DNA of 32,000 nt from Idiomarina loihiensis L2TR (GTDB taxonomy: Bacteria; Pseudomonadota; Gammaproteobacteria; Enterobacterales; Alteromonadaceae), in assembly GCF_000008465.1 (NCBI RefSeq), contig NC_006512.1, forward strand, positions 1,800,001 through 1,832,000. Reading direction: 5' to 3'. The position numbers and the translations under genes were made by a program. The first letter of the stretch is position 1, and the number at the start of each line of letters is the position of its first letter. The notes below the pieces were generated by a model. It searched no databases. It was not told the DNA's origin and worked only from the letters and a program-made list of their open reading frames with translations. This document shows, in pieces, positions 1-9,470 of this stretch.

Positions 1-760
1 AAACGTCGTTACCGTCAATACGTATGGTTTTCATACCATAGCCGATACCACGCGGGGCAATACCGTCACCAGCATACTGTTCGCCTTGCGCCGGTGTAGA
101 AATAGCGTAGCCATTATTACGGCAGAAGAAGATGACCGGCACTTTATAAACCGATGCCATGTTCAAGGCGGCGTGGAAGTCACCTTCAGAGGCAGCACCT
201 TCACCAAAGTAACAGATAGTGCACTTCTCGGTTTTATCCATTTTCTGACCAAACGCATAACCTGTTGCCTGTGGAATCTGTGTTCCCAACGGCGAAGAAA
301 TGGTCATAAAGTTTAAGTCAGCGCAACCGTAGTGAACCGGCATCTGACGGCCTTTACCTAAGTCTTTTTCGTTCGAAAACAGCTGATTCATAAACTGTTC
401 AACGGTAAAACCACGGTAAGCTAATGCGCCCTGCTCACGGTATTGACCCATGATCATATCACCAGCATCCAGCGCGGCGGCAGACGCCACACTCTCGGCT
501 TCCTCACCTCGTGAGGCCAGGTAAAAACTGATACGGCCCTGGCGCTGTGCGGCGATCATGCGTTCATCGAGAATACGGATAAATTGCATGGTGTCGTGAA
601 TTTTCACGATCAGCTCTTTATCGTACTCCGGCATATCCGCATCTTTATGAAAACTGCCATCTTCTTTTAAGATTTGCAGCATTGGAATTGTGACTGAGTC
701 TTTATCAAACCATTTCGGTTTCGTCACAATTTCTGTGTCGTGTTTTTTATCCTTGACCAT
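1..760 (-). CDS. bkdA1: Branched-chain 2-oxoacid (2-oxoisovalerate) dehydrogenase E1 alpha subunit; N-terminal 253 codons, C-terminus lies beyond the window start
   Basis: Not in the ORF track because it is truncated by the window edge. My reverse-strand translation from ATG (complement of 758-760, GAGAAGG RBS upstream) gives MVKDKKHDTEIV...GRISFYLASRGEEA...GQYREQG...LGKGRQMPVHYG...CYFGEGAASEGDFHAALNMASVYKVPVIFFCRNNGYAISTP...RIDGNDV. This is near-identical in its blocks to BCKDH E1-alpha and includes the TPP-binding GEG...NN motif. Confidence 0.88.
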   Translation of the reverse strand, partial: MVKDKKHDTEIVTKPKWFDKDSVTIPMLQILKEDGSFHKDADMPEYDKELIVKIHDTMQFIRILDERMIAAQRQGRISFYLASRGEEAESVASAAALDAGDMIMGQYREQGALAYRGFTVEQFMNQLFSNEKDLGKGRQMPVHYGCADLNFMTISSPLGTQIPQATGYAFGQKMDKTEKCTICYFGEGAASEGDFHAALNMASVYKVPVIFFCRNNGYAISTPAQGEQYAGDGIAPRGIGYGMKTIRIDGNDV

Positions 761-802
761 AACCTTCTCTTTCGGTTTTAAGCTGGGTTGGAAATTGCCG
801 CT

Positions 803-831
803 ACTTTACCTTTACGTAAAGTGACATGCAA
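803..831 (-). promoter_or_regulatory. Putative sigma70 promoter of the bkd operon with a 12-bp perfect palindrome (810-821, CTTTACGTAAAG) in the spacer
   Basis: The minus strand reads TTGCAT-17 nt-TAAAGT (-35 = 826-831, -10 = 803-808), about 45 bp upstream of the bkdA1 ATG. The spacer carries the palindrome CTTTAC|GTAAAG, with a third CTTTAC hexamer at 804-809. Confidence 0.35.
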
Positions 832-917
832 ACCACACCCTAATGAAAACTGAGTGCGCTAAGTGTAAATAGAAACGAACAGTCTTAACAAAGTTCGGCA
901 ACTTAGGCTCAATAATT

Positions 918-1949
918 TCAGACTAAATCGAGCGACTCTGTGGGTACTCTAACCACAGTTAATAACGCCCGGTGCCCCAGCGCCACTTTGGCATTAGGGA
1001 AAATAATATGTTCACCATCATGCTGCGCGTAACATGCCTTGTCACCATCCCAGGCCAGTAGCTCCCCTTTATTAAAAGAGGTGAAGTTAGCCACATCATC
1101 CGCAAAGTTTAGCTCAAAGTCAGGTTGTGTGCGGTTAATGGTTTGCGCTTCTTTGAACACATAGTGTTGTTCTGGTTCAAAGGGACCAAAATCCAGCTCA
1201 GTTTGCGAAATTAAGTCGCGCAAGGTGGTTTCCGCTGCGGCAAACTTAGCCCTGTCATTTTCGCCAAATGGACGGACTTTACCCAGCTCAACGGTAAATG
1301 CATGAGCATTAAACTGACGTGCGCTAAAATACGAAAATGTCGTTGTCGGTGCCTGGTTCAATAATACCGTATCCACACCACAAGCCAGCAAAAACTGAAG
1401 CTGTTGGCGACTGTAAGGTGCGCCGTGAGTAAACGGATAAACGGCAAATTTCTCGCGTTTAGAGTCACGGATGGCAGTATGTAAGTCGTAATGAAAACGT
1501 TCGCGGGAACCTTCCGGAGCCGATTGGTAGAAGCGCTCTACATAGTTTTCCATCTTTGCTGCACGCTCGCGTTCTTTATTTTGCGTACTGCCTTTACCAT
1601 GCTCGCCACTAAACAGGCGGTTCATATTTTCTTCAACAAACCGCTCGCCTTTGTTTATTGAGGCCGGATTTGCAATTAAAAACAGCGTTCGGTGCGTTAC
1701 TGTCTGCTTTTCATCAATAATGTCATTAATGATATCCCGGCATATTTCAATAGGAGCCGTTTCATTGCCATGCACTGCACAGGATAACACAACATCCTTG
1801 TGTCCCGGGCTAGCCGGTGAAACTTCTAACACACCGCTATCCCAGACCGACAGTTTTGTGCCATTGCTCAATGTTAAGTTATAACTCTCGTCACAACCCC
1901 ACTCATGTTCACGAGTCCAGGCCAGAAAATCAGAAAATACCTTATTCAC
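918..1949 (-). CDS. astE: Succinylglutamate desuccinylase (AstE/AspA zinc hydrolase family)
   Basis: 343-aa ORF with a GTG start at 1949 and AGGAG about 7 nt upstream. It has the zinc-site block AVHGNETAPIE, and its length and overall pattern are typical of AstE. Confidence 0.85.
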   Translation of the reverse strand: MNKVFSDFLAWTREHEWGCDESYNLTLSNGTKLSVWDSGVLEVSPASPGHKDVVLSCAVHGNETAPIEICRDIINDIIDEKQTVTHRTLFLIANPASINKGERFVEENMNRLFSGEHGKGSTQNKERERAAKMENYVERFYQSAPEGSRERFHYDLHTAIRDSKREKFAVYPFTHGAPYSRQQLQFLLACGVDTVLLNQAPTTTFSYFSARQFNAHAFTVELGKVRPFGENDRAKFAAAETTLRDLISQTELDFGPFEPEQHYVFKEAQTINRTQPDFELNFADDVANFTSFNKGELLAWDGDKACYAQHDGEHIIFPNAKVALGHRALLTVVRVPTESLDLV

Positions 1950-1961
1950 AACCTTCTCCTA

Positions 1962-2672
1962 TTATTTTTTTCCCGGCACATAGCCTTTCGTTGCCAACAA
2001 TTCACGTAACACCCGTGAACGATATTCACGACGATAAAGCACGGCGACGACCACAGCGCTTGAAGCAATTAAGATGACGGGATGCAGAAACCAGGATAAA
2101 TATGCCAAAGCAAAATAATATGTACGCAGACCCTTATTGTACTCATGTCCGGACTGATCCAGTACTTTTGCCGCGTGCATAGCAAAACGCCGACGCTCTT
2201 CTTCTGGTTTATTGCCCTGATGATACTCAACAGAAGCTCCCAGAAGAACAGACACAAAACCGAACTGACGAATAGACCAGGTAAACTTAAAAAAGGCGTA
2301 GATAAAGATAATGGCTAACACCGACAGCTTGAACTGCACCAAAATAGAACTGGTATCTGGACTCATCGGAATTTCATTTAGCACTAACACCACTTCATCG
2401 GCATGCGCTAAGACCGTAATAACACCAGCCAGAACTAAAATGGTAGAGGAGGCGAAAAAGGTGACAGTTCTCTCGACATTGCCAATAAGTGACGCGTCAG
2501 CAACTTGATTTTCTTTGTGCATGACAGTGGTAAACCAGTCAATTCTTAACGAGCACAGAATACTCGACAAACAATGCGTGGTTCGGGCTCGTTTGCGGGC
2601 AAACAATGAATAGCCTATCCAGCAGAAAAAGAAAAATAGCAATGCGGCAAGATCAAGAAGCGACAGCAACAT
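1962..2672 (-). CDS. DUF599-family integral membrane protein
   Basis: 236 aa with an ATG start and several hydrophobic helices. The block DASLIGNVERTVTFFASSTILVLAG matches my memory of the DUF599 signature. The stop lies 12 nt upstream of the astE start, so the two are probably co-transcribed. Confidence 0.65.
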   Translation of the reverse strand: MLLSLLDLAALLFFFFCWIGYSLFARKRARTTHCLSSILCSLRIDWFTTVMHKENQVADASLIGNVERTVTFFASSTILVLAGVITVLAHADEVVLVLNEIPMSPDTSSILVQFKLSVLAIIFIYAFFKFTWSIRQFGFVSVLLGASVEYHQGNKPEEERRRFAMHAAKVLDQSGHEYNKGLRTYYFALAYLSWFLHPVILIASSAVVVAVLYRREYRSRVLRELLATKGYVPGKK

Positions 2673-2758
2673 GTCAGGGTTTCCTCTGGAGTGTTCGGTT
2701 ATTAATAATTTAACAGTTTAGAGTAATTAGTTTACCAGTTTATGACTAACCATACGAT

Positions 2759-2784
2759 AAAGCCGGAGACTTAGCTCCGGCTTT
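2759..2784 (-). terminator. Stem-loop downstream of the RND permease gene (possible intrinsic terminator)
   Basis: Perfect 10-bp stem AAAGCCGGAG / CTCCGGCTTT with a 6-nt loop, 20 nt past the stop at 2804. The U-tract on the minus strand is short (UUU). The T-run is actually better on the plus strand, where there is no upstream gene. Confidence 0.45.
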
Positions 2785-2803
2785 CTTTCATTTCCTCAGA
2801 CAC

Positions 2804-5800
2804 TTAGTAGTGCTCCAGTGCCTCTTTGGTACTCATATCTTTAGGTTCAGGCGGCGTTGCCAGCCCATACCAGGACAGCATGGTACGCATCCCTCGCTTA
2901 GTATCAGCCAAAATCAAGTACAAACAAGGTATTAACAACAAGGTAATAACCGTTGCGAAAATAATACCGAAGGCCAGTGATATTGCCATTGGTATCACTA
3001 TTTTAGCCTGCAGACTCTTCTCCAGCACTATCGGAAGCAAACCGAAGAAAGTCGTTAACGAGGTTAAGGTTATTGCGCGAAAGCGACGACAACCGGCATC
3101 CAGCACCGCCTTACGTAAATCCGTTCCCATCTCCCGGGCCCGGTTAACGTAATCAACCATGACCAGACTGTCGTTCACCACAACCCCGGCTAACGCAATA
3201 ATACCAAACAAGCTCAAAATACTAACCGGCATACCAATAACCCAGTGTCCAATAATTGCACCGATAATACCAAAGGGTATCACCGACATAATTATCAGCG
3301 GCTGACTATAGGACTTCAGCGGAATGGCCATTAGTGCGTAGACCGCAAACATTGCCAAAAAACCGCCAAGAGCAAGAGAGCCTGTTGCTTCAGCTTCATC
3401 CTGAGTCGCACCCTGGAGTTGGAAGTTAACACTAGGGTACTTATCCAGAATTGGTTGGATTTTTTGTTCACGAACTTCATTTACAACGCGGAAAGGTTCT
3501 ACTTTGTCTTTGTCGGCCCTGGCGCGTACATTCACAGAGCGCTGGCGATCGATACGAGTAATCGTGCTGTAGCCTTCGGCAAACTCAATATCTGCCAGCT
3601 CAGTAAACGGAATTTCAGAACCATCCGCCGCACGCAACTTCATATCTTGCAAGTTGCCAACTGACTCACGCTGGTCACGGGGATAACGAACCATCACTTT
3701 AATTTCTTCGTCGCCCCTCTGTATGCGCTGGGCTTCGGCACCGTAAAAGGCATAGCGCACCTGAGTAGCCAGTTCAGCCAGATTAATCCCCATAGCAGTC
3801 GCTAACGGTTTGGTCTGCAGAAGAATTTCTTCTTTACCGTCGCCAAAGGTATCTTCAATATCAAATACCCCGTCATAGTCGGCAAGTTCCAGCTTAAGCT
3901 CATCAGCTGCGGCTTTCAGTTCATCCAGGTTTTCACCGACTAACTGAAACTCAATATCAAAGCCACTACCGCCACTCATGCTTCCCTGGAAATTAAGGGC
4001 TCGCACTCCAGCCAGTTCGGGAACAGCTTCACGCCATTGGTTCACAATTTCAAACCCGTCTATCTGGCGGTCTTCACCTTTTTTCAGTTCTACAAATACC
4101 GTACCGGCAGTATTGCCATCCATCCAGATATTGGTATGACGGACAACGGCTTCACCGTCGTTTTCTTTAATCCGACTGTTCACGTCGTTGAGTGACTTTT
4201 CCACGCTGTTCAGGACTTCAATGGTGCGAGTTTCTGAGGTGCCGGGCTGCATCTCCACATTCGCCTGAATAAAATCGCTAGGAATATCCGGGAAGAAAAC
4301 CCAACGTACAATACCGCCACTCATAAGACCGACCATCAGAATCAGCATACCGACAAAGGTTGCTAACGTTGTATAACGGTAGTGCAGACATTTTTTGAGG
4401 AACGGTCGATAGTAATTATCTACGAAAGACTTAATTGCATTCGCGAATTTATTGCGAAAACGTTGGAAAGCGTTGGCTTTTTCACCTTTCTGTTTGGAAT
4501 ACTTCATATTAGCGATGTGCGCTGGCAATATGAGTTTTGACTCCACTAAGGAAAAGGCCAAACAAAGAATAACGACCCAGGCAATAGACTCCCAGATAGC
4601 ACCCATACCTCCTTCAACCGTCAACATGGGCACAAAGGCAACCATAGTTGTTAGTACGCCAAAGGTGGCCGGCATTGCCACACGCTTAGCTCCGGCAATA
4701 ACGTTATCGATACTTTTACCGTTTTCCTCTATTTCAGTATAAGCACTTTCTCCTATGACTATCGCGTCATCCACCACTATCCCTAACACGAGTATAAAGC
4801 CGAACAGCGATATCATATTAATTGAGATATCAAACATCGGCAGTGGCATTAACGCAATGGTGCCTAAAAAGCACACCGGAATGCCTATCATGACCCAGAA
4901 CGCCAAACGCAGTTGTAAGAATAACGACAACATAAGGAAGACCAACAGCCCGCCCATCCACATGTTGTTCATCATTAAGTCTAAGCGGCCTTGCAGATAA
5001 TAAGACGAATCGCCCCACTGTGCTACCTGAACGCCGTCGGGCAGCTCTTCATTTTTTCTTTCCGTATAGCCCCGGACGTACTCTGCTATTTTAAGATCGT
5101 TCTGATCGCCCACTGACTGTACGCGGACAAAAGTTGCCGGTTTACCGTCAAAGCGGGTATACGACTCTTCTTCAATAAAACCGTCTTCTACTTTGGCTAT
5201 ATCACCCAGAGTTAAACGCGTACCGTCAGCACGGCTTAATAAAACAATTTTCTCAAACTCACCGCCAACGTAAGCCTGGTTATTGGCACGCAGTAAAATG
5301 TCACCGTTAGGGGTTTTTATTGAACCACCAGCAACATCAATTGAGGTTCCGCGAACCGCGTCAACAATTTGTGAGAAGGTCAGTCCGTAGCGTTCAAGAT
5401 CCTGCTGAGAAATCTCAACCGAAATTTCATAATCACGGTCACCAACCACATCAACTTTGGTTATGCCGCCGACAGTCTTGAGCTCATCTCTGACTTCCTT
5501 CGCCAGCTCTTTACGGGAGCGCTCATCCAGGTCGCCATAAACCGACATCCAGATAACTTGTCGCTGTGGTCTTACCCGATAGATATTCGGCTTCTCGATT
5601 TGCTGAGGGAAGTTAGGAATGGCATCTACCAGCATTTTCACCTCGTCCATGACAACTTGCACGTCATAGTCAGGTTCAACTTCCAAGGTGACACTACCGC
5701 CGCCTTCCCGCGACTGAGAGGTCATCTCTTCGATACCATCAACATCCTCAATGGCATCTTCTATCAGCATAATAACGCCCTGCTCCACTTCCTGTGGTGC

Positions 5801-5980
5801 AGCACCGGGGAAAGGTACCTGGATACTGATAATATTCAGTTCAATTTCAGGAAACATTTGCTTGCGCACAGTAAATACTGACAGTGCGCCTGCAACCAGA
5901 ATAATGATCATCAATAAATTTGCGGCTACCGAGTTGCGTGCAAACCACGCAATCAGACCGGTTTGTTTTTCAGTCGTCAT
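2804..5980 (-). CDS. RND efflux transporter permease (AcrB/AcrD/AcrF superfamily)
   Basis: 1058 aa with 12-TM RND architecture and two large periplasmic loops. The conserved TM4-type block is GIVVDDAIVIGE and its second-half equivalent is GVVVNDSLVMVDY. The start lies 5 nt after the stop of the upstream adaptor gene. Confidence 0.93.
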   Translation of the reverse strand: MTTEKQTGLIAWFARNSVAANLLMIIILVAGALSVFTVRKQMFPEIELNIISIQVPFPGAAPQEVEQGVIMLIEDAIEDVDGIEEMTSQSREGGGSVTLEVEPDYDVQVVMDEVKMLVDAIPNFPQQIEKPNIYRVRPQRQVIWMSVYGDLDERSRKELAKEVRDELKTVGGITKVDVVGDRDYEISVEISQQDLERYGLTFSQIVDAVRGTSIDVAGGSIKTPNGDILLRANNQAYVGGEFEKIVLLSRADGTRLTLGDIAKVEDGFIEEESYTRFDGKPATFVRVQSVGDQNDLKIAEYVRGYTERKNEELPDGVQVAQWGDSSYYLQGRLDLMMNNMWMGGLLVFLMLSLFLQLRLAFWVMIGIPVCFLGTIALMPLPMFDISINMISLFGFILVLGIVVDDAIVIGESAYTEIEENGKSIDNVIAGAKRVAMPATFGVLTTMVAFVPMLTVEGGMGAIWESIAWVVILCLAFSLVESKLILPAHIANMKYSKQKGEKANAFQRFRNKFANAIKSFVDNYYRPFLKKCLHYRYTTLATFVGMLILMVGLMSGGIVRWVFFPDIPSDFIQANVEMQPGTSETRTIEVLNSVEKSLNDVNSRIKENDGEAVVRHTNIWMDGNTAGTVFVELKKGEDRQIDGFEIVNQWREAVPELAGVRALNFQGSMSGGSGFDIEFQLVGENLDELKAAADELKLELADYDGVFDIEDTFGDGKEEILLQTKPLATAMGINLAELATQVRYAFYGAEAQRIQRGDEEIKVMVRYPRDQRESVGNLQDMKLRAADGSEIPFTELADIEFAEGYSTITRIDRQRSVNVRARADKDKVEPFRVVNEVREQKIQPILDKYPSVNFQLQGATQDEAEATGSLALGGFLAMFAVYALMAIPLKSYSQPLIIMSVIPFGIIGAIIGHWVIGMPVSILSLFGIIALAGVVVNDSLVMVDYVNRAREMGTDLRKAVLDAGCRRFRAITLTSLTTFFGLLPIVLEKSLQAKIVIPMAISLAFGIIFATVITLLLIPCLYLILADTKRGMRTMLSWYGLATPPEPKDMSTKEALEHY

Positions 5981-5985
5981 GATGT

Positions 5986-7215
5986 TTACCCGCCTACATT
6001 TTCAGAGTCTTCGGCTTTTTTCTCACCGTTTTCATCTGTTTTAGCCGTTGTTTCCATTTGCTCTGGCAGTGGATCGCCGGGCAAACGTACCTTCATACCC
6101 GGTAACGCATTCTTCAGCTGCGTCAGCACCACTTTATCTCCACTTTCCAGTCCGGAGCTTATAAGGCTTGTATTGCCCTGAGTTCGCACAACCTCAACAT
6201 CACGTTTTTCCAGCTCGCGACTCTCAGGAACAATCCAGACAGACCCATCAGGATTCAGTGCATAGGTAGGAATTTCCATAACTCCCTGAGCCACAGTGCC
6301 CTCAACTTTAGCCTGCACGAAACGCCCATAGCGCAAAGGAATAGGATGTGTCTCTTCACCCAGGTTGTAAGGGTCAGAAACTTCTACAACACCATAGATA
6401 ACCCGGCTGTTTTCATCTAAAACGCCTTCTGTCCGAACCAGACGTCCCTGCCAGGTTGCCGACTCACCGGAAACCATAGATTCTAACTGCACTCGGGGCG
6501 CTTCTTCAGCAAGAGCCGGATCTAGAATATAAGTCATATCAAGGTCACTTAATGGCAACCGAACTTCTGCCGTACGGGTATCAAATACCAAGGCTATCTG
6601 GCTACCCGTTGAAACAAACTGCCCCAAATTGGCTTCTTTACTACGAAGTACGCTATCGTAAGGCGCTTTTATGGTGGTTCGCTCTAAATCACGCTCGGCT
6701 TTAGCCAGGTTCGCTTCGGCTGACTCTACCGCGGCAATGGCACTGGCAAGCTGCGGTTTGCGCAAGCCCAGTTCAGGTGCTTTCCCTTCTTTGAAGGCCG
6801 ACCATTCTTCTTCAGCAACGCGGGCACGTGCTTTCTCTTGTTCTAACTCGGACTGGGCCTGCAACAAGTTAGCCCGGGCCTGTTGGACCGCAACTTCATA
6901 GTCAGACGGATCGACCTGAACCAGCATATCGCCTTTTTTGAAGAAACCACCGGCATGGTAATTCGCAGCGACATCAACAATTTGCCCGGTCACTTCTGCA
7001 ACCAGAGTAGTGGAATGCTTTGGTTTTACCGTGCCCTGAGAATCAACAATAAACGTCATGTCACGAGGGCTGACTTCCAGAACTTCAACCATCGCAGCAG
7101 GCTTACTTCGCTCTTTTTGTTTTGGCGGCTCCGCAGACATGCTTGCAAGTATCGATAAAACGATAGCTCCAACAATAATTAACGGCGGAATAAAGGCTCG
7201 TTTTTTAAATTTCAT
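5986..7215 (-). CDS. RND efflux periplasmic adaptor (membrane fusion protein, HlyD/AcrA family)
   Basis: 409 aa with an N-terminal anchor (IPPLIIVGAIVLSILA) and the coiled-coil hairpin AVQQARANLLQAQSELEQEKARARV...AVESAEANLAKAERDLERT. It also has a beta-barrel region and an acidic C-terminal tail. It sits immediately upstream of the RND permease. Confidence 0.9.
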   Translation of the reverse strand: MKFKKRAFIPPLIIVGAIVLSILASMSAEPPKQKERSKPAAMVEVLEVSPRDMTFIVDSQGTVKPKHSTTLVAEVTGQIVDVAANYHAGGFFKKGDMLVQVDPSDYEVAVQQARANLLQAQSELEQEKARARVAEEEWSAFKEGKAPELGLRKPQLASAIAAVESAEANLAKAERDLERTTIKAPYDSVLRSKEANLGQFVSTGSQIALVFDTRTAEVRLPLSDLDMTYILDPALAEEAPRVQLESMVSGESATWQGRLVRTEGVLDENSRVIYGVVEVSDPYNLGEETHPIPLRYGRFVQAKVEGTVAQGVMEIPTYALNPDGSVWIVPESRELEKRDVEVVRTQGNTSLISSGLESGDKVVLTQLKNALPGMKVRLPGDPLPEQMETTAKTDENGEKKAEDSENVGG

Positions 7216-7335
7216 TTTTTATTGTTCTCATAATTGGTTAACTCACAGCATTATTATTACTGTTAATAATGTAAAATGTTAGGCGTTAACTGTTGCCAGT
7301 TGTGTGATTCCGGCACTAAGTTGTAACTGACTGTT

Positions 7336-9303
7336 TCAGCCTTCCAGTAACCAACGTTCCGCGGCCTCAACATAACGCGGTTTACCCACCAGCAAGACCA
7401 CGTCCTGCGGTTGTAACTCGGTATCACCATCGGGCTCCTGAATTTCCTCGTCGTCACGCCTTAAAGCTTTTAACTGTACCTGATGTTTTTCCCAGTCTAA
7501 TTCATCAATGCGTTTGCCCGTCGCCCAGGCACCTTCAGGTAAGGTTAAAGCACGTAAAAACTCAAGTTTGTCAGCAAGTTCTGGCGTAATCTCAGTTTCA
7601 TCCCCTTGAAAGAAGCCATGCATTTCACCGTAATGGTTGCGTCTTTCTTTATCCAGCCGCGCAAGAATACGGCGTATTGGAATACCACTGCGGCTGAGCA
7701 CATGAGAAATCAGCATTAAGCTCGCTTCCAGTGTGTCTGGAACCACCTGAGACGCTCCGGCTTCCTGTAACTGAGTCAGTCTTGTATCGTCACGACTCCG
7801 TACAATAATGTAGGCATCGGGGTTTAACTGGCGAAGCTCTTTTAGTACTTCGAGAGCGCGCAGGTCATCGGCGAAACTGATAATAATCAGATCGACACTC
7901 TCGGCTCCTACCGCACGTAAAATATCTTTTCTGGCACTGTCACCAAAGTAGACCCGGGCACCACCGGCAACGGCTTCCTGAACTCGCATGGGGTCATTAT
8001 CGACAGCTATATGAGTAATTCCCTCTGCGTCTAAAAATCGACTCATGGTTTGCCCAACCCGTCCAAAGCCGCAAATCAGTACCTGGTTCTCCAGCCCTTC
8101 ACTACCGGTTGTTCGTTGCTGTTCAATATCGACCAGAGGATCAGGGTGGCGAACAACCAGATTCACTAAAGGTTTCAAACGGTGGATAACAATAGGTGTT
8201 ATCGCCATACTCAATACACCAATACCTATCATACTGGTGACAATCTCTTTGCTCAGTAATCCATGGCTGCTAGCCAAGGCGACAATTACAAAGCCAAACT
8301 CCCCCATTTGAAATAGTGAAATACCACTGCCCCAGGCATCCTCATCCCGCTCGCCCATAAAACGTGCTACTGAGCTAATTAACGCAATTTTAATCACGGC
8401 CATTACAATTAAAGCGAGGAGTATCCAATGAAAATTCTGGACAAACCCATAAAGCTGAAGCTGCATGCCTATGGTCGTAAAGAACAAGCCCATTAAAATA
8501 TCGCGAAACGGGCGAATATCGGCTTCCAGCTGATGTTTATACTGGCTTTCCCCTAGCATCATTCCGGCTAAAAAAGCACCTAACGCCATAGAAAGACCAA
8601 AAACATGAGTCATACCACCGGCAACCAGTGCGACCAGAAGCGTCGCCAGAACAAACAGCTCATCGGTTCTTTGCTTGGCTATTTCTTTGAATAAATAGGG
8701 TAAGACCCATTTTCCTATTGTCATTAGTACAGCAATAACGGCGGCACCTTTCGCCAGAGCCAGTAATAAGGTGTAGCCAATATTACCGTTATCGGAGGCC
8801 AGCAAAGGAATAATAATTAGCAGTGGCACCACCGCTATATCCTGGAATAGCAAAATGGCGACACTCATCTGCCCGCGACGGGTTGACGTCTGTGCGCTTT
8901 CCTTTAGTTGCTTGATAACAACCGCAGTAGAGGACAAGGCCAGCGCTCCGGCAATAGCCAAAGATGCAGCCCATTCATCCAGCCAGATAAAGCCGATAAG
9001 CAAAAAGATTAACAAGGAACCAAGAACCTGAGCCGCGCCTAACCCGAATACCCATCGCCGCATGGCGATCATCTTAGGTAAAGAGAATTCAAGCCCCAGC
9101 GAAAACAGGAGCAAGACAATACCCAGCTCAGCAACCAGATGATAATCATCCGGGTCAGCTATCCAGCCCATAACGTCGGGGCCGGCAATAATACCGGCAA
9201 CCAGGTAGGCTAAAATTGCCGGCAATTTCACCCTTCTGAAGAGCCAGACAAGAATAACGGCAACCGCTAATAAAAGCAGAAGGCTGGAAAATGTACCGTT
9301 CAT
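7336..9303 (-). CDS. Monovalent cation:proton antiporter-2 (CPA2) protein with C-terminal RCK (TrkA-N + TrkA-C) domains, KefB/KefC/YbaL-like
   Basis: 655 aa. The N-terminal ~390 aa is a polytopic Na+/H+-exchanger-type membrane domain. This is followed by the Rossmann motif ICGFGRVGQTMSRFL and a TrkA-C-like end (VVLLVGKPRYVEAAERWL). Confidence 0.88.
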   Translation of the reverse strand: MNGTFSSLLLLLAVAVILVWLFRRVKLPAILAYLVAGIIAGPDVMGWIADPDDYHLVAELGIVLLLFSLGLEFSLPKMIAMRRWVFGLGAAQVLGSLLIFLLIGFIWLDEWAASLAIAGALALSSTAVVIKQLKESAQTSTRRGQMSVAILLFQDIAVVPLLIIIPLLASDNGNIGYTLLLALAKGAAVIAVLMTIGKWVLPYLFKEIAKQRTDELFVLATLLVALVAGGMTHVFGLSMALGAFLAGMMLGESQYKHQLEADIRPFRDILMGLFFTTIGMQLQLYGFVQNFHWILLALIVMAVIKIALISSVARFMGERDEDAWGSGISLFQMGEFGFVIVALASSHGLLSKEIVTSMIGIGVLSMAITPIVIHRLKPLVNLVVRHPDPLVDIEQQRTTGSEGLENQVLICGFGRVGQTMSRFLDAEGITHIAVDNDPMRVQEAVAGGARVYFGDSARKDILRAVGAESVDLIIISFADDLRALEVLKELRQLNPDAYIIVRSRDDTRLTQLQEAGASQVVPDTLEASLMLISHVLSRSGIPIRRILARLDKERRNHYGEMHGFFQGDETEITPELADKLEFLRALTLPEGAWATGKRIDELDWEKHQVQLKALRRDDEEIQEPDGDTELQPQDVVLLVGKPRYVEAAERWLLEG

Positions 9304-9470
9304 TCATAAACTCCTGGATTTCTGTGTTTTTATGAGTGTCAAAATAGTAACACTCTTTTGTTTCAGAAAAACTATCTCTTATAACGTTTTGTAAAATATA
9401 GCTTTTCTATTCTTGGCCTAATATTTGCAGATAAATTTTCAATTATCAAATTCAGGCAAAAAGGTTTGTC

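Noticed and set aside
7216-7335. Possible TetR-type operator (imperfect TTAAC..GTTAA / CTGTTAA-like inverted repeats) upstream of the RND adaptor gene
   Set aside because: The repeats are imperfect and AT-rich in an AT-rich intergenic region, and no regulator gene is adjacent. They are not distinguishable from chance by eye.
9334-9363. Terminator-like hairpin plus T-run (GAGTGT-10 nt-ACACTC-TTTTGTTT) on the plus strand in the antiporter/GGDEF divergent region
   Set aside because: It has only a 6-bp stem with a large loop and no upstream plus-strand gene or convincing promoter for an sRNA. More likely it is part of the antiporter 5' UTR or promoter region.
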